This document shows, one piece after another, positions 25,465 through 36,400 of a stretch of 64,000 bases of DNA. Position numbers and translations under genes: made by a program. The DNA comes from a virus (Duplodnaviria > Caudoviricetes). How positions within the stretch are numbered: position 1 is the first letter of the stretch; every line of letters starts with the position of its first letter. The notes under the pieces are model-generated. The model had not been told where the DNA came from, made no database searches, and saw only the letters and a list, made by a program, of their open reading frames with translations. The stretch spans positions 160,001 through 224,000 of the IMG/VR virus record IMGVR_UViG_3300015050_001523, one strand, 5' to 3'.

Positions 25465-25749
25465 AAAGATTACTTTCCAAGAAGTATGTTTTGAATAAGC
25501 TTTAATTCATAAACTATAATATGGTCTCCACGTTCATGGAGCTTTTCAAGAGATTTAATCTTTTTGTCAATGTGAATAATTGTTTTAGCAATTTTATCTT
25601 TATCAGCCATTACCATATTTTTTTCGCTTTCCATTAAATCTAATCATAAGTATGGTTATTCGTTCCATTTATAATAAATATAAACTTTATTTAGTCCATA
25701 CATTGTAATCATTCCAATAATAAAAAATATTATTTTACTTAACATAAAT

Positions 25750-26238
25750 TTATACTTTAACAATTATATTATCTTTTTTAGCAAAAGGAGAATCTCCTTT
25801 TATAGAAAATCTTTGTTCTAGACTTGAATAGATATCAAGATATTCAAACAATCTATAGTTGTAGAACCCAAAATTTGCAAAAACGCCAGAATGTTTTTTG
25901 CACATAATGTGAGGAGAGACCCATGCAACAATACCTTCTCCTTCAATTTGTTTTGGTCCATTTAAACATTTATTCCAAATAAATGTTGTTGTCAAATATC
26001 CTTTATTGTCATGGCCATAACAAACAGAAGTAAATATTGGAATTCCTCCTTCTGCCACAACTCCTGTCTCTTCTTCTAGTTCTCTTTTTGCTGCTGATTC
26101 AAGAGTTTTGTCGGCAGCATCTACTTTTCCACCAGGAAGTCCAAAAATAGAATGATCATTTTTTCTTGAGGTTGCAAGAATTAATCCATCTGAGTTTATA
26201 ATAAGAGAACATACTGCTTTTGAATACTGTTGAATCAT
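25750..26238 (-). CDS. NUDIX hydrolase
   Basis: Nudix box GLPGGKVD....LESAAKRELEEETGV. Confidence 0.9.
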   Translation of the reverse strand: MIQQYSKAVCSLIINSDGLILATSRKNDHSIFGLPGGKVDAADKTLESAAKRELEEETGVVAEGGIPIFTSVCYGHDNKGYLTTTFIWNKCLNGPKQIEGEGIVAWVSPHIMCKKHSGVFANFGFYNYRLFEYLDIYSSLEQRFSIKGDSPFAKKDNIIVKV

Positions 26239-26259
26239 ATATTATTTCCGATAATAAAA

Positions 26260-26281
26260 ATGGGACGATTTCTCGTCCCAT
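26260..26281 (-). terminator. Intrinsic terminator after PARP operon
   Basis: ATGGGACGA-TTTC-TCGTCCCAT followed by U-tract on minus strand. Confidence 0.6.
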
Positions 26282-26304
26282 CATCCCACAATCAAGATGG
26301 AATG

Positions 26305-27066
26305 TCAAGCCACACAAGATAGATCAATTTCAAGTCCATCATTTGTTATACTAACTTGAAATTTATCTCCAGAAACCCAATCTATACTATTCTCTGGTTT
26401 ATATTTAACACGTCCTCGGTCTCGGGTTAAATCATAAGCTTTTGTATTTTGACTTTCATTTAGAGTTACAGATACTTTATTTTTAGTTTCGTCAAATGCA
26501 ATATAAATTTTGTCTCCAAAAGCTATTGATTTTCCTGTTTTTTGCATAAAAGAATCAAAGGCTGCTCTTGGAATTGCAAGTCTATTATCTCCCTGAACAG
26601 TTGCCACAAGTTTTTCATTTCCATTATTTACAAATGAACGTTTTGGACCTTCGTTTTGCTGGCTTCCATATTCATCATATGGAAGAGATAAATCTCCTTG
26701 CGCTCTTGGAATTTCTACTTCAAATCTATGAGAGTTTGCAACATTGTAATTTTCTCCATAAACAAATACTTCCATATTCGCTGGGGTTCTTGTATTTCCC
26801 GATGTTCTTCGTGGAACATGGACAGCGACTGTGCAATCGTCATAACGACCATAGGTCATTGAACCATTATAATAGAGATCTCTCATAAACTGTCCTACAT
26901 CCCAGTGGCTAAATCTAAGATCTGGTCTGGCAATTCGAATTTCTCTAGTTATTTCCCCGGATGAAAAACATTCATAATTTTTTAATTTTTCATCTATAAC
27001 AATACAAACAGCATCTCTCCAAGTTTTTGTTTCTTCTAATGTTTCATTATAATTTAATTTACTCAT
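26305..27066 (-). CDS. Hypothetical protein coupled to PARP gene
   Basis: 253 aa, ATGA-type overlap with the PARP stop. Confidence 0.7.
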   Translation of the reverse strand: MSKLNYNETLEETKTWRDAVCIVIDEKLKNYECFSSGEITREIRIARPDLRFSHWDVGQFMRDLYYNGSMTYGRYDDCTVAVHVPRRTSGNTRTPANMEVFVYGENYNVANSHRFEVEIPRAQGDLSLPYDEYGSQQNEGPKRSFVNNGNEKLVATVQGDNRLAIPRAAFDSFMQKTGKSIAFGDKIYIAFDETKNKVSVTLNESQNTKAYDLTRDRGRVKYKPENSIDWVSGDKFQVSITNDGLEIDLSCVA

Positions 27067-28733
27067 TTTAGTTCTCCTTCTACGATATATCTTATTCTTT
27101 GATAATTTTGATTGAAAATAATATGTTCATCATTTTCAAGATGTCCGCCAAATTTTCTAGTCTTTCCACCAACAGCAACAATGCTGTCTTTATTGTCAGG
27201 TGGTTCATTCCAACAATAGCTTTCTTTTGCCAAATGAGCATCTCCCATGATTACATCATTTAAGAACATGAAAAATCCACGATTTGCAACAGAACCTCCG
27301 CCACCATAAATTGCGGAGCCATGACCAGTATATCCATATGCTTTCCTCCAATCAGTTGCAAAATAAATTCCTGGTCCAAAAGCAGCTCCAGTAATAACAA
27401 CTCCTTTTCCTGCTAACTGTTTTGGCAATCTAAGATTTGTTGATAAAATCGGCTGCACATTTACAGCTCTTGTTCCATGAATTCCAAAAAAAACATTTGC
27501 ATTTTTTGCATAATCTGAAATATCTAAAATATCATTTCTATTATTTGGTTGCAAAATTGCTAAATTGGAATATCTTTTTTTATCATTCTTTTTTGCAACT
27601 TCTTTCACCTCTTTTATAAAAAGGTTATCAAATTTAGGTCTACTTACTTCAAATATATTTTTGATTTGAAGCTTTTGGCTTGACATATAGCCATGTCGAT
27701 TATTTGACATTGATTCAAAAGTCGATTTTAGCCATTTTCCTTTTACTGTTGACGGATCAATCCAAAGGATGTCAGCGCCAAGAACTTCATTCGGGTTTAT
27801 TCCAAATGCATCTTGTTCAACTTCTTCAAATAAATCTTCATTTTTTAGAGAAGATTCAAATGTATCTAAATCTTGTTGAATTTGGAGGATATTCTCAGAA
27901 GATAAAATAACAGCATTTTCTCGAACTTCTTTTGAGGCATATCTTGGGATTGGCCTTGGAACCAAAGCTGCAACAAGATTTGAAATATCAATTAAGTCTT
28001 TGTCTTTAACTTGTTTTTTAGGATCGTCTCCAATTTTAGAAAGTCTAGACATCGCAGCGCCAAGAAGATCGTCACGAACCTTTATGATACTTTCGATAGT
28101 TGGAACAACTCCAGTTGCAGCAGATGCATCTCTTGCATATTTCATTGTTCCTCCAGCCAATGACTTGGCCAGCTCAACAACTTGTAATTGGAAATTTTTT
28201 GTTGAGCTTTTTGATATCTTTTTCTTTGGCTTAGAGACAACTTCTTCAAGACCTGAAGAGTCCTTTATCAAATAAGCATCAGGAAGACCTCGTTCACGTG
28301 TCGCAAGAGACTGGACGATGTATCCATCTTTTCCATTCTTCCCAACCCAAATTTCCTTGCCGGCAATTGTTTTTTTCTCAAGGCGTTTTATATTTTTTTC
28401 ACGACATTTTTTTTGAAATTCATGTCGAGCCATTTCTTCAGAATCACATGGAATAAATTGAAAATCTTGGCCAGCAAACGCTGGACTCCATGACTTCCCA
28501 GAAAATACACGGCCCCATTCAAGATAAACAAACCATTTTGTTTTTGCCTGGACAACTCCTACATGATAATACTTAGCTTTGTTGGAGTCGCCAAACTGAT
28601 CAACGCAAGCCATATCAGAAATGCCGACATCTGAACCAAAATCATCTTGGTTTTTAGCCGGCCTTCCTTGATACTGAAAGTCGTTTACATTAAATCCAAT
28701 TGGAAATTCTTTTCGTCCTAATTTGTTTGCCAT
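27063..28733 (-). CDS. WGR-domain poly(ADP-ribose) polymerase-like ADP-ribosyltransferase
   Basis: KYY...YLEWGRV (WGR); catalytic HGT, FGPGIYFA, AYGY, MFLNDVIMG, NDEHII...RIRYIVE (H-Y-E triad). Confidence 0.85.
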   Translation of the reverse strand: MANKLGRKEFPIGFNVNDFQYQGRPAKNQDDFGSDVGISDMACVDQFGDSNKAKYYHVGVVQAKTKWFVYLEWGRVFSGKSWSPAFAGQDFQFIPCDSEEMARHEFQKKCREKNIKRLEKKTIAGKEIWVGKNGKDGYIVQSLATRERGLPDAYLIKDSSGLEEVVSKPKKKISKSSTKNFQLQVVELAKSLAGGTMKYARDASAATGVVPTIESIIKVRDDLLGAAMSRLSKIGDDPKKQVKDKDLIDISNLVAALVPRPIPRYASKEVRENAVILSSENILQIQQDLDTFESSLKNEDLFEEVEQDAFGINPNEVLGADILWIDPSTVKGKWLKSTFESMSNNRHGYMSSQKLQIKNIFEVSRPKFDNLFIKEVKEVAKKNDKKRYSNLAILQPNNRNDILDISDYAKNANVFFGIHGTRAVNVQPILSTNLRLPKQLAGKGVVITGAAFGPGIYFATDWRKAYGYTGHGSAIYGGGGSVANRGFFMFLNDVIMGDAHLAKESYCWNEPPDNKDSIVAVGGKTRKFGGHLENDEHIIFNQNYQRIRYIVEGELK

Positions 28734-28841
28734 ATTTAATATTATACCATATCGATGTTTTATTTTTGATTGTAACTAGTTGTAATTATTGATGAATTTG
28801 ACTAAATTTTACACACTTTTAACGCAGTAAATCATTATAAT

Positions 28842-29096
28842 TTATGTTGAAATTAAGATATGAGGAACTTTAGATTCATTGGTTGGAGAGGTTGGAGAAC
28901 CAAAAAGTTCATCAGGTTTATCAGATTTGACAGCCGGTACTACATTTACAAACTTGACTGGAAGGTGTTGTGGACCTTCCCAGCCTGTGTACAATAAAAC
29001 AGAAAAATTTAATTGTTCTTCTGAAAGCTGTAAAAGTCGCTCTAAAAGATCTTTTCCTGTTTTTATTCCCTTAATTTTTGTAGATTTTTTAGGCAT
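28842..29096 (-). CDS. Hypothetical protein
   Basis: 84-aa ORF behind TTGAAC-17-TATGAC promoter. Confidence 0.6.
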   Translation of the reverse strand: MPKKSTKIKGIKTGKDLLERLLQLSEEQLNFSVLLYTGWEGPQHLPVKFVNVVPAVKSDKPDELFGSPTSPTNESKVPHILIST

Positions 29097-29143
29097 GACA
29101 AGTCATACCATACAAAGTCTGCATGTTCAAGAGCTTAAAATAA

Positions 29144-29554
29144 TCAAACTTTATTCAGTTTTTTTGCATCAATTTTAATAGATTTATTATTTTTTTGAGT
29201 TGAAGATTTTAAAATAACCTTTACTTCAATTTCTTTTTTATTAATATTGACTTCAATATCTTCAATCTTAATATTAATAGCAGAAGAATTTTCTATTCTT
29301 TTTTTAATTTCATTTGATATCGGAATAGATAATTGTTGATCATTAGAAGAAATAAGAGATGCGAATATTGTATATTCTTCATACTTCTCTTCATCTTTTA
29401 TGTAATCTTTTCTTTTTGAACTTGATTTACCAACAACTTTTCTTCTTGTAACACTTTCAATCGCTTCAATAATAATTTCTTCGATATTGATTCCATATCC
29501 TTGAGTTATTATTGCCTCATTTATAACTCCAAATCCGCGAGTAATTAAGGACAT
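29144..29554 (-). CDS. Hypothetical protein (structural module)
   Basis: 136-aa ORF following 29564..30949. Confidence 0.6.
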   Translation of the reverse strand: MSLITRGFGVINEAIITQGYGINIEEIIIEAIESVTRRKVVGKSSSKRKDYIKDEEKYEEYTIFASLISSNDQQLSIPISNEIKKRIENSSAINIKIEDIEVNINKKEIEVKVILKSSTQKNNKSIKIDAKKLNKV

Positions 29555-29563
29555 AATTAATAA

Positions 29564-30949
29564 CTATGGAACAACTACTCTCTCTGCCGGGGCGTTTGGT
29601 TCGCTGAAGAATGGATCTCCTTCGGTATCAAATAAATTATATCTGATTACTTCTGTTGTATTATCTTCATCATAAAAAATCATTTGAGAACCATCAATAA
29701 TCCAGCGACCACATGTGACTCCTCTAATTTTATCAATTGATTGAGAGGTTATTAGCATTTTATTTTGAAGCCATCCCATTGTTCCTGATGTATTATTTGA
29801 GGAGGCTACGCGATCCCATACAGCTGTGGCTATAGCTTCATTATCCGCTTCAAATGAGCCACTAACTGTTCCATTGAATGAACCATCAACATTCAATGGA
29901 ACAACATTACAGTTTGCTCCGCTATTATCAACTAATTGACAAAGTCCTGCAACAGTTATAGTTCCAGATACACATGTAGGATCAATTGTGACAAGTCCAG
30001 AATTGCATTCAATATTGGCAATTCCAATATTGTTTGAAAAGTTTTTAAACAATAAATTTCCTGCAAAATTCTTAATATTGATTCGTGGATTTGTACAATT
30101 GTTGGCGTCAATTATTGGAAATAATGAACCAGATGTTGCATTTGAATGGCAATCAATAAAACTATAAGACTCTTCTTGGGTATTTAAAAGTGTAATTGTT
30201 CCACTAATTTCAGAGCCAATAACTGTTCCAACAAAATTAGACAAATTATATAATTTGGCCAATTCTATTTGAACAGTTCCACTTAAAATTCCTGTAGCAC
30301 TAATCGCCTTCGCAAACATTCCTTGTGTTGGACTTCCATCAAAATCAATTAATGAAAATTTTCTTCCTGCTCCCAAAATGTCATAATAAGAAAGAGAATT
30401 CCCAGAAATATCTATATTTCCTCTAAGACTAATTCTGTTTGGCATCGATCGATTTAATATAATTGATTGAGCATTTGTTAGATTATTTACAGGAGCACCA
30501 GGAGTACCTAAAGGAAATAATGTTCCTGCCTCTCCTGTGTCCGTATCAATCCAAACACGAGAATTAAGAAATGCTTGATTTTCTATTAATTTTGAATAAG
30601 TTAAGCCAGCAGTATTTGCTGATCGGATTGATACACTATTTACATTTGTTACGTCTGCTATATTTGAATTCGCGCCAACAAGATTTACAGCATAAGTACC
30701 GTTTTCAAACGTTATAGTATATCCATTAATAATTTCAACAACGCGGGCCAAGGTAACACCTGCAACTGTTACAGGCGCTGTATGATTGTGAGTTGTTAAT
30801 TCTGTGATTCCTTCTTCGCCTGCTTGTAATGAATTAAGTGCCAATCGAAACACATCAATATCTAATTCATAAATTCCTCCACCAAGATCTGTTAGATCTG
30901 CTTGGGGAATATTTATAACTTTGGTTGCCCATGTAATTGAAATAGCCAT
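29564..30949 (-). CDS. Putative virion structural / tail-associated protein
   Basis: 461 aa, beta-rich, Ser/Thr/Gly/Asn-rich composition. Confidence 0.6.
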   Translation of the reverse strand: MAISITWATKVINIPQADLTDLGGGIYELDIDVFRLALNSLQAGEEGITELTTHNHTAPVTVAGVTLARVVEIINGYTITFENGTYAVNLVGANSNIADVTNVNSVSIRSANTAGLTYSKLIENQAFLNSRVWIDTDTGEAGTLFPLGTPGAPVNNLTNAQSIILNRSMPNRISLRGNIDISGNSLSYYDILGAGRKFSLIDFDGSPTQGMFAKAISATGILSGTVQIELAKLYNLSNFVGTVIGSEISGTITLLNTQEESYSFIDCHSNATSGSLFPIIDANNCTNPRINIKNFAGNLLFKNFSNNIGIANIECNSGLVTIDPTCVSGTITVAGLCQLVDNSGANCNVVPLNVDGSFNGTVSGSFEADNEAIATAVWDRVASSNNTSGTMGWLQNKMLITSQSIDKIRGVTCGRWIIDGSQMIFYDEDNTTEVIRYNLFDTEGDPFFSEPNAPAERVVVP

Positions 30950-30954
30950 TTATT

Positions 30955-31281
30955 TTAATTCGCTTTCATTTTTTCAATAATTTGATTTGCGGCTTTTAGT
31001 TGAGTTTGCAAATTTAAAATTTGATTACTTAAATCTTGAATTTGTAAATTCCCTGAATTAAGTTGATTCGATACAATTGTTTTTTGAATCATTAATGCTT
31101 TTTCTGCATTTTCAAGAAGAGCTGTTTTCTTTTTTATTTCCACAGCCAAAGCATTTCTTTCTTTTTGCATAATATCTGCTGCATTGTTCATGGAACTAGC
31201 CAAATCTTTGAGATATGAAATCTTTTCTGAATCCTTTCTACTTTCAAATTCTTCACCAAATTTTATTCTTGGAATTTTCAT
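30955..31281 (-). CDS. Coiled-coil protein
   Basis: Heptad-like 108-aa ORF. Confidence 0.6.
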   Translation of the reverse strand: MKIPRIKFGEEFESRKDSEKISYLKDLASSMNNAADIMQKERNALAVEIKKKTALLENAEKALMIQKTIVSNQLNSGNLQIQDLSNQILNLQTQLKAANQIIEKMKAN

Positions 31282-31484
31282 AATATAATTCTCTTTCTAA
31301 AGATATTTATCTGCATCATATGTTTTTATGTTCTTTTGGCAATAATATCACATATCTATAGGTAAGATGCAAATTTATTCAAAGGATTTAGTTCAAAAAT
31401 GCTTTGGAATGATCTCAATTTTTAATATACAAAAATACAATATTGAGATAAACTAGTTTTAAGTTTTTAATAAAGGATTAATAA

Positions 31485-33461
31485 ATGGCGATAGCAGACG
31501 ACTTCTCGGTGGCAATTAATGGTGATATTCGGCACACATCTGGCACTACAAATTATACAGTATTGCAATTACACAGATTCTTACAAGGATTGGCGGATGA
31601 TACATCCGCCTCCGGTGATGATTTAGTCGATATTACAAGTGATACGCCATCAGAACGTTCAACTGACGCTATTATTACCCTACTCGGCGATTATAATATT
31701 GATGATGATGCTGCCGAGTATCTTTATGGTGGTTCGATTACACAAGACGGCGGCGCAACAGTATATTCTGGATTGCAGGTACTTGGTGCCGTTAATAATG
31801 CATCAACTCAATTGATGGTAATTCAGGACAACAAATTATATCAATTTACAACAACTCCAGCAACTCCATTTTGGGGAACTCAATCAGGCGGAGGATATAA
31901 TGGAGATGAAGCTGCCGGTATTTTAATGAGATGTTTAATTAAATCTCGTGTAAATGGAGTTGATATTAATAGAAAACGAATTAGAGTACAGGCTCGTCAT
32001 TGGGGCGATACTTACGACTTCTTCAATGTTACGTTAGGTCTTGCAGAATCTGTAGCTGCTATCGGTACAACCCCAGATGCTCAAAATGATACATCTCAAG
32101 GAACAGTTACAGCGTATACTCACATTGTTAATAGCGGAGGAACTGCAAATGCTCCTACCGGTGGATTTCAATCAATTGATTTATCAAATGGTAACGGAGC
32201 CCAAGACTACTATTCAGAATGGACATATGGTGCAGATACTTCTGGTGATGGTTTAAAAGGTATGTGGGAATACCTTAAAGACCTTACAGGAAAAGGAACA
32301 ACAAAAACCATAGATTCAATAAATGGAGAATTATTTTTAGGAATTACTCACAGCTTTCCTTATGATGGTGAATCTGGTGGGCCTTTTACTGAAAGAGAAA
32401 CAATTGTTTGGGGAACTGAAATTCGTTATGACACTCTTGCTAACGGACCATTTACTCCAGGAAATTATGTAACAATTGGTTCAGCTGGCGCTGCTGGCCG
32501 AGTGCTTGACGATGATGGAACAGATAAATTAATTGTTGCACTTGATGATATCTCAATTACCCTTCTTGACGAAGACGTGATTACGGAATATTCAGGTCCA
32601 GGGGCTGGGGCGACTACTACCACAGCACGAATTGAAACCTCAATCGGTGCAATTTTAGACAATACTAAAAATGGTGGTACAGGATTATTACTTGCCCTTG
32701 ATGACAATGGTTCAACCGGTACAATGTATATTCAGCTTCTTACTGGAACAGCACCAGTTGATAACTTACCTATTCTTGGAGGAACTTCAAATGCTGAATG
32801 TTTAGTAAATGGTTCTTCAACTGCAAAAACTGTTCCAAAAATATTCTTAGGAAGCTATACAGGTACTCTTATTGGAGCATATGGAATTGGAGTAGCTGTA
32901 AGTGACATTACAGAATCTGATTCATTAGAAGATCTTGCAGGAGCAACCCAGATTCCTCCAAATAACGTAACATTTACTGTTACAGGATTGGTTTCTGGGG
33001 AGGATTATGTATTAGTTGGTCCTCAAGCAGCCAGCATTTTAGAAAAAGATTTTGATACACTAAATGGAACACTAACAGATAACGTTACAACATCAGTTGT
33101 TGTTACAACTGCAATACCATCAGACACTCCGGCAGCTGGGACGATCAGAGTACAAGATAACAATGGAGTATATACAAAACAACCATACACTTCTTATACA
33201 GGTTCAACGTATACATTGACTGCTGCCTATCAAGGAAGTGGAAACTCCAATGCTACAACTGGCAATAATTATTTTATTAGCTATATTGATAAGCTTGCAA
33301 CTGCAACTTCAGAGTCATTTACTTCAATCTATTTGGCAAGTAGAGATTTATTTGTTCGTGTTCGTGATGGTGGAGGAACTCCTATTAAAACATTTGAGGC
33401 TCCTGCAACATTAACTTCTAGCGGTGGTTCAATTGCAGTAATTAGAACAACAGATGCATAA
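31485..33461 (+). CDS. Putative virion structural / tail-associated protein
   Basis: 658 aa, Thr/Gly-rich, AAGGA SD. Confidence 0.65.
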   Translation: MAIADDFSVAINGDIRHTSGTTNYTVLQLHRFLQGLADDTSASGDDLVDITSDTPSERSTDAIITLLGDYNIDDDAAEYLYGGSITQDGGATVYSGLQVLGAVNNASTQLMVIQDNKLYQFTTTPATPFWGTQSGGGYNGDEAAGILMRCLIKSRVNGVDINRKRIRVQARHWGDTYDFFNVTLGLAESVAAIGTTPDAQNDTSQGTVTAYTHIVNSGGTANAPTGGFQSIDLSNGNGAQDYYSEWTYGADTSGDGLKGMWEYLKDLTGKGTTKTIDSINGELFLGITHSFPYDGESGGPFTERETIVWGTEIRYDTLANGPFTPGNYVTIGSAGAAGRVLDDDGTDKLIVALDDISITLLDEDVITEYSGPGAGATTTTARIETSIGAILDNTKNGGTGLLLALDDNGSTGTMYIQLLTGTAPVDNLPILGGTSNAECLVNGSSTAKTVPKIFLGSYTGTLIGAYGIGVAVSDITESDSLEDLAGATQIPPNNVTFTVTGLVSGEDYVLVGPQAASILEKDFDTLNGTLTDNVTTSVVVTTAIPSDTPAAGTIRVQDNNGVYTKQPYTSYTGSTYTLTAAYQGSGNSNATTGNNYFISYIDKLATATSESFTSIYLASRDLFVRVRDGGGTPIKTFEAPATLTSSGGSIAVIRTTDA

Positions 33462-33464
33462 TAA

Positions 33465-36400
33465 ATGGCAACGTTCAATATAACAACAGCAGTTAATATA
33501 GACACACTTGCATCAAAAGTTGGGTCTGATACATACAATATTAACGGCGGATATTTAACAGTTGATCAAGATACAAGGTACGGAACAAATCAGAACACTT
33601 CTGCGGCGATGGGAAATATTACACTTAGTGCAACATTAGGTGGAACAATTGAATTTAATGCAGAAGATGTAAGAATTATTCCTTATGATGGCGGAGGCGG
33701 AAACGTTCCAGCGTATAATACAACAATTGCTGGAACAACTACAGGTAGTGGACTATTAATTGGAGTTGTTTCTGCACTTAATGCAACACCAACAGCTGTT
33801 GGTGCCGCGATGCCAGCATCTGGCTTTATTAAGATAAAGCAATGGAATGGAGTTGCTTATACTGACAATGATGCGTTGACTGGGATTACAGCAACAGTTA
33901 ATGGAACAGATAGAGTTGGCTGGCTTGAGATTGTGGCCGTTGATGCCTTATTATCGACTGCCAATAGATTGGGAACTTATAAAGTTCGTGGTGAATGGTT
34001 TGATCTCGGGACAACAAATGGAACAAGGGCAACTACATATCAAATTCCGTCAAATGGATCGATTGTATACCTTCCAGGAGTATGGGTTGAAACTGCTGCT
34101 TCTTCTGGAGTTTATGAGTTTTATCCGTGCGCCGGATCTTTGACTGCAACTGCTGCAAACATCGCAACAGATGAAGTTCGCGGAAGATGGTGCTGGATAT
34201 CAACTGCTGGATTATTACGGTTTGGACATGATGGAGCCAACTCTACAGGAGGATTCATTCCAGAAACAGGAAGAAAGATTCGTATTCCAAATATATTTTT
34301 CTTCTGTTGTACAGCCGCAGCCCTAACAGCAAATGTTTTACCAAATGCCACTTTAGCAACAAGATATGAATTTGCAACAACTGGAGGAGGAGTTTTAGAT
34401 ATCCAAAAAGCTTGCTTTAATTGGTATATGAATTTAAATCAGCCATATTCTGTAGCACTAACAGATGTTGCAATTTTAACAACATTAGTTGTTACAGAAT
34501 GTGCATCTCCAATTACTTGGTCAAATGTCGGGGTTGGACAAGAAGCTGCCGTTTCTACATTTGGTCTATCTATGACAGCTTGTTTCGCGGGTGGTACAAT
34601 GACAGACTGTGTTTGGACTCGTGCAACTTTGGCATCAAGCGGTCATTATGTTGTAACTTTTACAGATATGTTAGATTTCGTTTTTACGAATGAAAGAGTT
34701 CATGCTCTTGGAGGAGCCAGAGGAAATGCATCTACTGGTGTTGCAACATTAACAAGATCTAATAGTTGTTCATGGGTTGGAAGACTAAGAGGAGGAGGAA
34801 AAACACAGATCGTTACATGTTCTGATATTTCATTTACAAATGACACATATTATGACCATCCAGCAACAACAACTCCAGTAACAAACCCTGCTTATGCATA
34901 TGAACTTCTTACTAGCTGTACACGGCTAACAATTGATGGACTTGATTTTGGCGGACTTACTTTATGTCAGCCATATAGCGGCATTTTGTCTGTTGGAGCT
35001 GCTGGTCACTCTGAAATAAATCTTAGAAATCTAGGTTCATATGCCTCTCCATTAGATCTTGGAGGAGCAACACAATCTGATGTTGCCTGGACAAGAGTAA
35101 CGACAACTGCAACTGTCACAAAAGCTGCACACGGGCTAAAAGTTAATGATATTATTTATGTATTTATATCTTCTTCTGTAGCGGCAATTACTGTAGCTGC
35201 AAAAACAGTTGCATCTGTTCCAACTGCTGATACATTTACATTTACTTCTCTAAATGCTGGTTCTGCTTCTGGTACTTTAAGCTATTATCCAACAATGTCT
35301 GCTTTATTATTTACAACGGCATCAGGAAATGCTAATGGAGTCTATATAAAGAGATGTTATACAAAAAAACTTAGAACAAATTTATTTACAACAGATAACG
35401 GAAACAAAAATATAGTAATTGAAAATTGTTATTCAAATAATGAATCAAACCCTGTAACTCCAATGTTGAATGGAGAAATAAAAGGAATTTATGGAACTCC
35501 AACATTTGCAGCTCAAACTTCGTGCTATGGAACTCATTGGATAGATTCTTTTATTTCCGCTATTCCAGCGAATACAGCAGCAGTTGCCTGGACAAGAGCC
35601 ACAACTACAGCAACAATAACATCGGCCGATCATGGCCTTCGTACAGGTGCCCTTATAAATGTTACAGTTTCAAGTTCAGAAGCTGCAATAATCTTAGGGC
35701 AAAAAACTGTAACGGCAGCAACTAAAGACACATTTACGTTTACTTGTTTAAATGCTGGTTCTGCATCTGGAACACTTACTTTTGTTCCATTGGTAAGTAG
35801 AATTGGATTAGTAATGAATGAGGCAACATCAGATACAACTGATGCTTATACAATCGATGCAGGTTCTACCGCATTTACTAGTGCTGGTGGTTTATACATG
35901 CCTGCTGTAGATGATCAAATTACATTTGAACTTCCTTATTATTTGATTGGACATACTGGATTCCCAATTGCAGAAGCTGTAATGGCAGGTGGTACAATCT
36001 CCAACTATAATATCTATTATTCAATAGATAAAAATGATGGAAGTGGATTTAGTTCTTATAAAAACCTGTACTATCAAAGAACAGGCGCTGGCGGCTCTGC
36101 TTCTTCTACAAACGTAACAATGACAAGTACAACAGGTGTTGCTGTTGGAGATTATGTTTGGGGAACAAATATTGCTCCAAATGCAAAAGTAAGCTCGATT
36201 ACAGATGGAACAACAGTTGTTGTAGATATAGCAAATACAGGCGTCGTAAGCGGAACATTAAGATTTAATCAAATGCCAAGCGAATCTTCAATTGATGCAC
36301 AGGTAGGCTTTAAATTAAGAATTCGAGTAATTACGGGAACAGTAAACGCAACAGCGATTACATCATTATATGTAATTTCAACAAGTACAGAAACAAGTCG

